A stretch of DNA of 64,000 nucleotides from Marsupella aquatica (Eukaryota; Plantae; Marchantiophyta): the NCBI GenBank assembly GCA_973895155.1, contig OZ316893.1:4508490-4572489 (forward strand). Direction: 5' to 3'. Shown piece by piece: positions 11,184 to 23,674 of this stretch. Position 1 is the first letter of the stretch; each line of letters starts with the position of its first letter. The position numbers were made by a program, and so were the translations under genes. Below the pieces are notes generated by a model. The model had not been told where the DNA came from and made no database searches. It saw only the letters and a list, made by a program, of their open reading frames with translations.

Positions 11184-13520
11184 GGCACAGTCAACCCTAA
11201 AGCTAAAGGCCCTGTTGTCCTCTGCAACAAAGTGGAGCTTACTTGGATCCTAGGCTCCCCACAACTTCTGTAGTCGAATGAGAACCCGAACTCCTGCTCA
11301 CCACCCAAGATTGTGTGAATCTACACATTCCATAGTGCACAATTAAAACATATCAGCAACTCACCAGCGCAGTAAAAATGAGAGTAAAAATGCATATCCA
11401 TGAAACAAGTGTCCATTCCCCTAGATCGGTCCACTGTCCTGTCTCTGTACATTCAAACCAGTCAAACAGTTGAATTATAATACTACACAACTTCATCTAT
11501 AGTACATACACCAGACCATAATTAATTGAAAAGAAGGGAGATCCACACCTGAAGTATGTTGTTTTCTGCACAACACCAATATAGAATACAGCCCTAAACA
11601 ACACGATCCGAGACCCACCACCAGTAAGTGAACTCGCCTCGCCCTACAAGGACAATAGTGGAGCAGAAAATTCAGAATGAAGCCCTTGCAGACAATAATG
11701 TTGACCTGCGCTATGACATTGTTCACAGTCTTACTACCAACAAGCTTCCTCGAACTTAAGTATTTGCTTAACTCTGAGGGTCTGTCTGTCTAGTAAACTG
11801 AAGTGAACTCAACTTACTTAACAGCAAACAAGACTGAACTATTTGCTATCGACATCAATTAATTACCACATACATACCTCGCAGTGGAAATTTGGTAGTA
11901 ACAACACTGGAAAAGGTCACAGTCGCTCCACCTCCTTCAAAGCTTTTCAACCGGCCAATTTCAAGGCAATTTCAAGGCGGCCTACCACAAAGAAGCCTAT
12001 TGGCCAAAGTTCAGAAGCAACAACGGGGAAGGGAATACAAGACATTCAATCCAATTGCTTCCGATAAGAGGCAAGCAAAATGAGCTCCATAGATCAGGAA
12101 GATCCTATGCAAGACACAAAATCCTCAGTTTGACAGTTCAACAGAAGCAAGATGCAGAAAAATTCCATAGCCAGGACCTGACCAAAACTTCTGCAAGACT
12201 TGACCAAACCCAGGTCCGAGCAACGATTATGAATGCAGCACAACAACAATGTGTACAGACCGTCGCATACTACATTGGAAGCCTCTTCTGTGGATTCCGC
12301 TTGGCTACTACTACAAAAGAAATAGCTACGTAATATTCTAGACTAGCTCTTTTCAATGCGAGTAGGCAATGCAAGCACATAGACAATGTGGACTTGGTTG
12401 TCTAGGAAACTTTCAATTGCAACCTGGACAAGGAGCCAGATTCAAACCTGGTACTAGATGTAATGCTCTTCTACCCTCGCCTCCGCCCTTGCCGAGCTTC
12501 CCTTCCGGACCGTCCTTGTCTTCCAATGTGACGCAGCTACACAACCGGCAACAATAGTCCTCCAACCAGCATTGTCGTCCTCCTAATACATGCAAAAGAA
12601 AAACATACAAACAAGGCAGCGAGCGAGCTCAATCAGCAAGCCAGGGTATCATGGTAGAGACGTCAATTTCTGTGAAGCTTGCATATGGGAGGCAGAAAGC
12701 GCAAGTCCTCAGCATTTTGGGCACTTACTTGTTACTGCTGTTCTCTGAAGAGTAGTCGTCCTCCAGGCTATAGCAAGCTGCAAAGTGAAGAACCACACAC
12801 GACGATCAGGATGACGATCAATGATTCAATCCGAGATTCAATCGTGACATCCACAGTGACCTCGATCCAAATGTCCAGCCAGGCAGCGACGTCCTCCCAC
12901 TGTTTCTTTCCAGCGTCGCCTTCCTCCTATTCAAATGTCAGCAAACTACATCAGAAGAAAACAGCAAGCGAAAGCTCAAAGCAAACTAAAACTTGAGCCG
13001 CAAGTGATGCACAAAAATGGCAAGTCCACAACACCTCTTGAATGCTGTAGCAGCAGCTCCTCTCCACCTTTGGCCTCCTCTCCAATGCAACCGCAGTAGT
13101 TCTCGACCTCCAGCCTCCTCTCCAATGCAGCCTTGCAATAGTTCTTGACCTCCAGCACACTCGACAGCCTCCTCTCCAATGTTGCGGCTGCAACTCAATC
13201 TCAACGCAGCAGAAACATTTTTTTGAAACGAAGGTCCTCCCGCGCGGTCGTGCTTCCCGTGGGCCCTAGTGCCCTTATGCCTTTTGCCCCCCTCCTCTCG
13301 TTGATAATAGGTTACCCTAAACTCGGGCATTTGTAGGCCATTGGATCTAGAAATCAACGGCTCCTGCAAATCGAGAGGGGAAACCATGGGGCCCCTCCAA
13401 AACCGGCATTAAGCCCCCCCAAAGAAACCCCAAAACCCCAAACCCCGTGGATATAGTGTAAATGGACAACCTATATGTAGAGGAGGATTCAAGAAACTAT
13501 ATTCTTTAGGTAATAATAGA

Positions 13521-15602
13521 TTGGCAACAATCCATGCAAACATGTTTACAAGGATTGAACGAGATACCTTTTGTAAGGAAGAGTCACCTTCATTTCTAAA
13601 CTTGGTGGAATGGTTGAAAGATTTTTTCCAAAAAAATATGGATAGTCTTCCCCATAAAGAGATTCATCACTTGCCAGACAATTGGACAAAGCAAGAGATA
13701 CATGGAATCTTTGCAGCTGAAACAATGTTGCGAGAAGAACAACAAGTTACATATTCTTATTTTTTGCATGTTTGGAAAAAAAAGTTTCCAAATGTACGAA
13801 TTCCTAAAAGGAGTCGATTTTCTACTTGTGGTCCTTGTACTGAATTCAAGGCTCTTCGAGACAAAGCAACAACTGAAGAGGATAAAAGTAAGTTCCACTA
13901 ACTATAACCTTCAACTTTAATTTGATGACATGTAATTCAATATTTGTCAAAGTTTATCCTTAGTTATTGATTTTTAATTCATTGTTATTGTATCATTTCA
14001 GGAAAGTATATCAATGCCCTTATGAAGCATCGAAAAGTACAATCATTGGAAAGGATGAAGTTAGCCAAGCATCGTAAAAAATGCTATGATGAGCCCAACA
14101 AGTATTTGGGTATTTGTATAGATGGTATGGATCAAAAGAAAACAGAGCTACCACATTTTCTTCGTTGTCCAAAGAACATGGATGAAAAGTATTTCATTCC
14201 AATAGATGTTGTAGGTTGTCTCATCTTCAACAGGAACCTTGTAGCAAAAGTATTTTTGACATATCCCAATATCCATAATGATGCAAACTTGACCATACAT
14301 GTTATTCAAAATGTATTGAATACATGGGATGGGACATTACCAAGAGTGTTATATCTTCAATTAGATAATACCACTCGGGAAAACAAGAATAAATTCTTGA
14401 TGGCTTATCTTCACATGTTAGTAGATTTGAAGATTTTTGATAAGATTAAAGTGGGTTTCTTGTTGGTCGGTCATACACATGACCAGATAGATCAGATGTT
14501 TAGTAAATTTTTGTCTAGGTTAAACAAGCACAAAGCATTTCGCTTGGAGACTCTTGAGGATATTATTCGACGAGCATATTCACCTGAAGCTTTGATCATA
14601 TTTGTGGATGAAGTAGCCGATTTTTGAAAATTTGTCAATGAAAACGACCAGCCAAATGAGAAGGGAGTCTCAGGTAGAGTCTTGAGAGATCTCAATCTCA
14701 TAACTTTTCAAAGGCAATTCAGATTCAAATGAGTCATGGAGGATGGAAACGAAGAGACAACATTTCATGGGAAACATCTTTCCACGACCCAGGATTGGGG
14801 AGATGCAGTGACGTTCGTCAATTACATTCCAACTTCAAGAATGTGGGTTGCTGCACAAATGTCACTGAAGTCAGCAAAAGGTGTTGAGAGGGATGATGTC
14901 CATGATTCTTCCAATACAGATGGTGCATTAACTACTCTGGTGAAATATGCAAAAGCTATCCAGGAAGGTTTCAATTACTTTGACAATGAAGATAAACTTT
15001 GGTGGATGAGTTTTTTTGAGAAACAAAAAGATATTATCAAAAATCACCTAGAGGAAGGTGAGTGGTTATTTGAGTGGGTTTGGCCGCAACAAAATCAAGG
15101 TGTACAACTACTTCCAAGGGTGAAAAATGAACTTGTTGAAGAAGGTGTTGATCCAACTTTGGTTGACAAAGTTGCTGGACCATAGAGAATTATGTACTCC
15201 GGACCTCGACGAAAGCAAGCTGAATTTGGAGATTTCAGAGATATGGAAGTTAACAATAAGTGGTCCATGATATGTGTAGCGGCACACAAGGATCCAGAAG
15301 GCAAGTTGTTTTGGATGGCAAAGGTGTCAAAGATTTTGACAAGAACTGCAGACATTCCTGAGAGAATCAAAATCACATGGAACACAACTGAGGCAAGTGC
15401 TGAGTCTGCTATTGATGGGAAATATTTTCTAGAGAAAGATAATATATCTAATCGACTTCTCCAAGATGAACTAGTTCTATCATCAACAGCGGTGTATGCA
15501 TACAACTTTGTGCTTTTAAGTACTAATCAAATAGCAGCAAAAACTAAAAAAATTATAGAGTCTGCTATATTAGAGAGAGGTTCTGCACACTCAGAGGATT
15601 GA
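13521..15602 (+). pseudogene. Sola1-like DDD transposase, 5'-truncated, with premature stops
   Basis: FSTCGPC; IDGMDQKKTELP; LYLQLDNTTRENKN; FLLVGHTHDQIDQMFS. Intron ~13890-14001. Stops at 14627, ~14732 and 15185. C-terminal FWMAKV...IKITW domain. Confidence 0.7.
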
Positions 15603-15833
15603 GATTGATGTCCTTAAACAAGTACATGCATCAATTTTAGAATTTGATCTCGAATGAATTTTCTAAGGTTACATGCTCTATTACAATTGTACCATTTTTC
15701 AGTAAATAAAGACTGTGCATCAAGGCATTGTGTAATATGCCATTGAATTCTGATTTCGTCCATATTTTGAAGAACAAATAGACCACAATCTGAATTGTTT
15801 GGTTGTTGAGGTACCTGAGAAAGAATCTTAAAG

Positions 15834-16557
15834 TTAGTCCAAAGCGTTTAATAATTGAACTAAATAAAAGTTGAAATAACTTTTCAAATCCTTACCATTG
15901 GATTGTATATCTCCACAACTCCCATTGGAACTTTTCCAAAAAATAATTCTCATTCCATTGTAAAATATCTGCAAATTATCATTCAAAGTTCTTAGTCCAA
16001 AGTGTTTATATTTATGTACCACATAAATAAATTCAAATTGAAAAAATGTAATAGAATATATACGTACCTGCTCAGTATTGATCCAATTACATGGGTTGAG
16101 TGTAGACCGACGAGAGAGTCTAGATGATACATTTTGATCGAAGATTCAATCCGATCCAAACATATTACAACCAGACTCTAGTGCATGCTCATGTGAATTG
16201 GCATGAGAATGACCTCAATTTGGGAAAATGGTGGCTTGTAATAATTTCGCATCTTTTGAATTGATTCCAACAAGGTCTCAGCTGGTTCTATTTCAATCCT
16301 TGAAACAAGCCAAGGGTAAAAAAAGAGGATAGTGTGTTTACTGAGGGAGCCAGATCTCCATGTTCCTCGGTTATTAATTGTGGGTAAAATTCCATTATTT
16401 CATCACCCAAATATTGACCGGGTTCAAGTTGGCTCAATGTTTTATTGTCCAAAAGAAATCCACTAGAAGGATTGTGTGAGAATCTATGCAGAACATGTTT
16501 CAATACAAAATCCTCCTTTGGTTCCTGCAAAGACATTACTTTGTGAAATAAGAACAT
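15834..16557 (-). pseudogene. Ulp1-like (C48) SUMO protease remnant
   Basis: LSQLEPGQYLGDEIMEFY, then after a frameshift ...VILMPIHMSMH*SLVVICLD...MYHLDSL, then QSNGKDL where Q-x-N-x-x-D-C is expected. Confidence 0.65.
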
Positions 16558-16620
16558 AGTCCAATCATAATCTTCCTCAATATTTCACAAGTTTGGATCA
16601 ATAGATACAACATGAGAGAA

Positions 16621-19600
16621 CTAATCAAACTTAAGTCTACACCTCAAGAATGAGCCAAGATCAAGTGTCGAAGCTTCATGTTCCACTTCATCCTCTTCAT
16701 CCTCATCATTGTCGTTCTCCTTCGCGGTTGTAATAATGCAAGTTCCAGTGGTGAGGGTGCTCGTAGTACCACCAATAGGTGGTTGAACCTCAAAGCTCAT
16801 GGGTCCTGTACCCTCCTCGGTTGCTTCATCATTCAAGTCCCACGATTCATCAAGCGTGACAAGTCGGGTCCGGATACAATCCACCTGGCTTGCACTGAGC
16901 TCCACGGCTGTCACCGGACGTTTCCCTAACAAGGCAGCGCATGAGGTCGAACCACTCCTCGCACATAAATCAGCAACCCAATCCCCTACTTCACTAAAAT
17001 GTTGAACGAATCAATCTGCTAAAGCTATCGGTTTCTGGTAAAGGTTCACTATTTCTCCCAATGGTGTTACACATTTCTTTGTAACACAAGGGACTTTTAT
17101 GATGTTTACCTTTTTCTCATCATGTTCAAAATTGTACATGTCTCTGGTCCTAATACCACTCTCGTGATAATATCCGATTGACCAATTTTCAAAAGCCCAA
17201 GCCAATCGATTCTCGGAAGGATGAGCATGTACATTTGGCTTCTCCCAAATTCTAGCCTCTACACCTGCGTTACAAGTTTTTCCAAGAGCATTCATCACAG
17301 ACCAAGTTTGCTGCAAAGAGTGAATCACAACAAACCTCCACATCTTTGAACTTGTCACCTTGGCAAAACAATTCACCATATCCACAATATCACTCTCTGA
17401 AAATGGGACCTCATCATTTTCAGAGCCAGGCGCATTGAATCCATAAGGAATGTCTGCAATTGCAAGTGTGTAATTCCTTTTCTCTACAAACTTATCCAGC
17501 GCCTTGACATCTCCACAATGCAATGTATATCTGATAAAATTTCCGTCAGCGTTTTTCCATCGATGGTCACTCGACTCTGCTTCAACCGTTTCAATCCCAC
17601 GACGACGGTTGTAGTTCTCAATCGCTTCTTGAACATAATTCTTAAACCCCGGGGGAATAACACTCGAAGTCAGCTCCTCCGTAGGCTTCTCAACCGCATC
17701 GGCACCAATTGCATCCTTGTTCTTCTTCTTCAAAAAAGCTTTCAACTGCAAACGTAAACTTGTTAAAAGAATATGGAGGAAAGACAATGGGGAGATAACC
17801 ATTTAGGAATTCAAACAATCAAATCTGGACGACGAATGCGACATGGGATACTCCGTATCCTAGTTCGTATTCAACCAAGCAAAAACCACAATCAAACATC
17901 ACCACCGTCAAATAACCACAAGTGAATCCGAGATGGGATACCCCGTATCCCACTTCGCATTCGACCAAGCAAAAACCACATTGAAACATCACAAACGTCA
18001 AATAACCACATTGAATACAAGATGGGATACCGCGTATCCCACTTCGAATTCAACCAAGCAAAAACCACATTGAAACATCACAAACGTCAAATAACCACAA
18101 GTGAATACGAGATGGGATACCGCGTATCCCACTTGGCATTCAACCAAGAAAAAACCGCATTGAAACATCACCAACATCAAATAAGCACAAGTGAATCCGA
18201 GATGGGATACCCCGTATCCTACTTCGCATTCCAACAAGAAATCCACGAAGAAAACCTCCGAACATGGCGAAACAAATAGAAAAGTCCAATCAGTGGAAGG
18301 GGAGATCGAACATACCACATCGGACAATTTCCCACTCCATCTTTCAAGCTCGATAGATTCTATTTCTTTCGGAAACATTCATTTGCAAGTCGCCCAGTCT
18401 TTCTGCCCTGACAATTGAACAAAAAGCTTGCTGATTTTCACAAGTTTCTTGTAACTCTCGGCTTCTTTTGCCATCTGCTCCAAAGAGATCATCCGGTCCT
18501 TCACTCGGAGAAGAAGGGACTCCAAAAATCGGTCGTGTTCAATTCCCTGGATTGCTCTCCAAGGTGTCAAGGTAAGGCCCCCTGCAAGCTTATTCAAAGC
18601 TTTTGGAATCGACTGTGCTTTCCCTTTCCTTTCTTGAGTTTCTTGATCGGTGACTTCTGCTTATTCTGCCATTTGATCTCCAACTTGTTCCACATCTCAA
18701 AGATCTGGTCTTGGAGTTCCCAGACCTTACCCGACCTAAATGTAATTTGGAAGAGAGGCTCATGCTTCTTCAGGCTTGTGGCGTCCCCCGGAAAAAACCC
18801 GTCGAGGCAAACCTCCATCGCACACGCTTCTCTAGTCTCCTTGGTTTTTGCCATTCCTCTGGCAATGAAAATCTTATGCATTGTTCGGATTTGATCAATG
18901 TTGTTCATTTTTTTTCCTGTACTCCTGATCAATATTATGTTGGATGCTAAGTTTTTGAATGTCCTCCCTTGTGAGACCAGCATACACCCAAGCTTGGAGT
19001 TCATTGAAGATCTCTCTCCCATAAGCCTAATACAATTCTCTCTTAGCCCGAGCACCGTGATTACCTCCAATCACTCGATATCTCCAGCTTGTTGCCTTTT
19101 CTGGGTCCCAGTCTGTCACTGTCGGGCAGTCTTCGGGGATCACAAACAAGACAAATGGCATCATGAAATTTGTCGGATTCATTTTCATCAAAGTCTTGAT
19201 GTTCTCCACATGCAACCGATCGATTGTTCGAACCAACGTTGAGTTCTCGTTGTCAATATCGTCAACAAGAAGCAGGTTAGTTGTTTTCAGAATAACTGTT
19301 GTCTTCTAAACTCGCTTAGTCTCCATCAACCGAGACACTTCTTCACGAACCACAAGTGTCTCTTCCCGCTGCAAAGCTGTGGTGATATCTGTTGAATCAT
19401 TTTTCTTTTCTTTAATAGCTCCCCTAGATGATAAAGAAAGCCCACCTGACGAAGTTGAAGGAATCTGAGAAGGTGTCTGTGAAATTGGTGGGACCAAAGA
19501 TGAGACAACACTTCCTGGTGCAGAAGGCGCGTGCTTCTGGATGTCACGTCGATCCAATTTCTTCTTGACAATAGCTTCTCTTGACATCGCTACTTTAGAA

Positions 19601-20277
19601 CCTTCCCCAGAGAGTTGATCTGCAAGCTTCCTCTTTGCCGGTTCCTTAAAAGAAACTGTGGCAGATTTCTCCTTTGTCGAGGGTGTTCCAGACATCTCCC
19701 CTGACTTTGAAGCCGGATCGGTAGGCTTCGTCACTTTCAACTTCAAAGGCCGCTCTTTGACGCCAAAGTCGGCTCCAACAACGGACCTATACGCTACCTT
19801 CGTAAAATCCTCAACAACCCTCCAAGACTTCAAGACAAATTTCAAACACCAATAAGAAAAGTCCTCAATCTCCGGCACTTCCGAAATTAGCTGGCAGATC
19901 GGGTCATCAGGAAATGTGTTCATCGAGACCCGATCAAGTTTCTCGTAGTTGAGGACAACTACAGTGAAGGCATTGTTCGGAAGAATGCAAAGGTACATTG
20001 GAATCTTCTTCAGCTGTTTTGTTTTTGAGTCGGTGATATCCGCCTCCCCGGTGTCCACGACTAATCCATAATGGCAATGGTCTTTACCCTTAACTATAAC
20101 CAACCACACCGCTGGACCTTCATAGTCTCTGTGAATATCCATCGCCCGAGCATCCCTAAAGTACCACCTATTCCTCACGAGTTTCTCCTCCGTGTAAAGG
20201 TCTTTCTTCCAAATCTCATCGACGATGGATGTCTGTGAAGACTGGGTCGAACCAGACGACTTTGATTTGTTCGACAT
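16621..20277 (-). pseudogene. ParB/Srx-like domain plus beta-class DNA N6-adenine/N4-cytosine methyltransferase, multi-exon
   Basis: ATG at 20277. Read-through of stops at 19306 and 19027 gives VRTIDRLHVENIK...PFVLFV...YRVIGGNHGARA...AWVYAGLT...QHN. After intron ~17746-18315: TLHCGDV, LAIADIPYG, IWEKP, NLYQKPIALAD*FVQHFSEVGDWVADLCARSGSTSCAALLGKRPVTAVE. Confidence 0.8.
17820..18237. repeat. ~90-bp tandem repeat, ~4.5 copies, each with palindrome TGGGATAC-N3-GTATCCCA, in a predicted intron
   Basis: ATGGGATAC recurs near 17842, 17933, 18022, 18112 and 18202; a solo copy lies at 20333-20352. Confidence 0.9.
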
Positions 20278-21170
20278 GATCCTGAAAAAGATTGACACAC
20301 TTAGAACCAGACCAAAAGTAGTTGAATGCGAGATGGGATACGCGGTATCCCACTTCGCATCCAACATCAACAATATTCCTTTGCAAAATGAAAATAATAT
20401 TTCAACCCCTAACTCCCCACAAACACCACCAAGGCAAACACAGGGACGACACCCTTCCATTGGTGTGGCAACACCCCTAGTAGAGACAAAATTCAGTTCC
20501 ATTTGCCTTTAGATGAGGTGATATCCCTATTTCATGACACTTTTGGCATATCCCTCTAAAGTGGTATGACTTGGGAGTGATTTAATTTCCCCAAAAATTT
20601 GCATCATGCCTTTGGGTCCAGCAATTAAAAAAGCTAGACATTAAGTCAAATGAAATTTACAAGTTCGTACATAAATATAAATGTACTTTTGACTCAATGG
20701 ACCCTCGGGGGGGTCACTGTATGTAGGGCTCTACATCACGTGCGACGTTTTAGGGTCTGGACCCCCTAACTTTTAAGTGAAATTTTTTTTCCCCACTCCC
20801 TTACTTTCTGAAAAGCGACCATTTTTTGAATTGTTTACCCCTATAAAACTTTATGGAAAGTTTTATGATGATTTAAAAAATGCCTATTAAGGAAAGTTAA
20901 GTACCTCAATAGTGTAGAGCCAATTGATGCAAATTGATACATTCAATGAATTTACATCATGAAGCTGAATATCTTGTAAATATCATCCAACAACTTGTAG
21001 TTTTCACTCTTGAATAGTGAAGCATGGTGGGTGCCACATACTATGAATAGGTAACCAAACAACATAGGTTGCCTATTCAAGGCATCGGTACTCTACCTTG
21101 TTTCACAAACTCCCGCATGATGATGTCCACATCTACCTTCCTTCACAGACTCATGCATGATGATGTACAC

Positions 21171-21228
21171 ATGACGGAGGGGAATTGAACCCCTGATTGA
21201 GCATAAATCTCAATTTGCCAATCCGCAT
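21171..21228 (-). ncRNA. Second copy of the tRNA-like cloverleaf, with a 1-nt deletion in the acceptor stem
   Basis: Same sequence and position relative to the transposase stop as 6281-6339. Confidence 0.45.
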
Positions 21229-21317
21229 CCCCTACTCTACTCCCTCCCACTAACCCTACAAATGCATCACATACACACATAACAAACTACTTGTAATAAA
21301 CAATAGTAAATTATATA

Positions 21318-23674
21318 TCACAATTTACTCACACTTTGAATGTATGTAGTCAAAGCCTGCAGGTCACTTGCATCTAGTACATACACTCTGTCAACTATCC
21401 CAGACTTCATTGTCAAGTTCACATTTGAAATTACCATCTCAATATCAATCCATTGTCCATCTGTTGCATCATAAGTGAACAAAGTTTTGTTGTTACCAGT
21501 AGATTTGTACCAATTACATTGCAAGCGGCACACACTTCCACTTTGTCCAACTACAGGTAGAGGCTTGTCCAATAGATCTATTGCTTTCCGACGTCTGACC
21601 CAATGGGAGCCATTCTTCTGTATCATAAACTCAATCCTACCCAACCAATATTCCTTCTTTGCAGATATTGGGTCAACAACAGGCCCTTTATCTATTCCCT
21701 TCCTCTTCTTTGACTTGGATGATCTGGTAGAAGGACCAACCTTTGCAGCAGACTCAAACAAAATTGCTATATCAGTAACAATGTCAACCAAACAAGTCAC
21801 AGAGTCACCATTTTCCTTCTCCTTACCAGTAGTGTAATAGGTCTTCTGGGCTATCCTAGTTAGCCTATCCTTTGACATGAAAGGATTGCAACACAATTGA
21901 CTCACAAGAGTGGACTTGTAGATAGTCCTTCCCACATAAGTACAGTAGACACTACTGACCGGGGTCTCTGCACATCAGTTAAGTCTGCTTGAACTCTAGC
22001 CAAGACATGCCTTACTTCATGTCCTAGTGTCTCCATCTCACAAAATGGGTTAGTGTCCACCTCAATCGAACAATCATCAACTGTTAGTGGCTCAATACAA
22101 TCCTGACTGTCTAGAGTATCCCATGAATCAATCCGATTGAGATCTTCTTCAGGATCTTCAAACTCTAGAAACTCTCCAATTGGGGGCTCAGGTCTAGGGC
22201 CTACAGTAGATCGATGCTCAACTGTGTCTTCAGCATCATCACATAACACTGTAGCCTCTTTCATGACACTTGTATCCGGCCAAGTCTCTGCCTCCACCTC
22301 CCAAGGATGAACCCACCATCGTCTTTTTGCTGCTGGCAAAGAACTCCTTGGTGACATGTTCAGCTTGCACAACAAATCCTTTGCTTCCTGCAAACCTTCC
22401 TTTAGAGCATCAACAACCAGCTCATTAGTCTGAACTACAGAGTAATCAAATAAATTTGGAGCTTGTTCTCCTTCATCCAGAGGATGTAAAGTTGCCCAAA
22501 CATGATCCTGTTTATCATGTGATCGACGTATCTTCAATCCCTCTGGTCCATACTCTAATCCAGCTAGTTGATTCAGTCCCACTGCACTGTCCAGTAGAGA
22601 TCCAAAGTCATAATTTCTCTCATGGTCACTCATGCCACCTACCTTGCTGAAAAATATCTCACAACAATCTGATCCCAGCAAGTGAAATGGAACTTGCAGA
22701 TATGGGAACTTGTCCCGAAAGGCATAGATTAACAATACTACAAAATGACAAGATATGTTGATATCATGGAAAGCCTGCACAGAAATCATGTTCTTCTCTA
22801 TGATAGATCTAGCATTTCCTGTCACAGAATGATCACCATACCTCAACCATAGCCTCCACAATCGGAAGAACCAAGATACCTTTGATGCCAAGACAACACG
22901 GGTTCTTAGGTCATGCTTAACAGAGAAGAAAATATCTATGTAGTCTGCACAAACCTCCAAGTATATCATGGTCCCAAAGCTTTTGTCATGACGAATATCT
23001 CGTCGCTCATACATATGCTGCAGGCAGGCCTGCACTCTCTTGGAAGCTATTCGTTGTGGGCCAGCCCAGTTTTGTCTATCTGTCCTATTCACATCATCCC
23101 AATGCAAACCATGCTCATGAATTGCATAATGGTTATAAACAGATGTGACATATGACAAAGATGCATGCTGATCACCAAGAACTAACATAGTAGACACTCG
23201 GTCCAATGGGTTAATTGCCTTCTTGCCATTGTGAGGTGGGTCTTGGTCTCCAAAACCATATAGATCTCCATTCGAAAGTATGGACACTGAGTATTGCCAC
23301 CCAACCCATCCTACACTGTACCTAGGAAAGGAACCATTCACAGCAGTATAATCTTCCATCATCAATTTCCTACGACGAGCATCATCATCACTAGCATGGC
23401 CCAACAAAGGACCAACACTGTCTCTGCAATGTGTGTCCCACATGGACTTCAGCTGCACCCAATGCTCTCTTACCCAGGGAGCTCAAAACTTGTTACATGT
23501 TGGTAGAACACACAATGCCAATTTAGGCATCTTTGCATGCAAAGGATTGACAATGATTACTCTAGCATACATGCCTTTGGCATATTGCTCAAAAGTACTT
23601 ACAATCTTGTCATACCCTTCAGTACCTGCTCCAACCAGTACTTCCAAGCAAATACTACCAAGTGCAGACTCCAA
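21318..23674 (-). pseudogene. P-element/THAP9-like transposase core and C-terminus
   Basis: GHASD(D)D; DQDPPHNGKKAINPL (compare P-family DxxHxxKxxRN); DRQN; GSDCCEIFFSKVGG (compare SQDxLExFFxxxR). In-frame stop at 23483, frameshift near 21920, N-terminus deleted. Confidence 0.75.

Larger units (their letters stand above)
856..13446. mobile_element. P-element-like DNA transposon copy A, rearranged as a fold-back; only one terminus visible
   Basis: Begins CTCGGGGGGGTCACTTCCGTGGAAG. 856-~1130 is the reverse complement of the right end of element 20704-46466. Contains transposase remnants homologous to 21318-21935. No partner TIR or TSD found in the window. Confidence 0.8.
9087..13446 (-). repeat. 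Right arm of ~4.4-kb inverted repeat (partner 1203-5984)
   Basis: Reverse complement of the left arm; ends inside the C4A3-4 tract at 13446. Confidence 0.95.

Noticed and set aside
16621-17802. Bacterial contamination as the source of the methyltransferase
   Set aside because: The gene has GT-AG introns, sits beside a Ulp1 remnant among plant TEs, and shows the same C-to-T/G-to-A type decay as its neighbours
17820-18237. CRISPR-like array of palindromic repeats
   Set aside because: Sequences between the palindromes are themselves repeated, so there are no unique spacers. There are no cas genes and the context is a eukaryotic intron.
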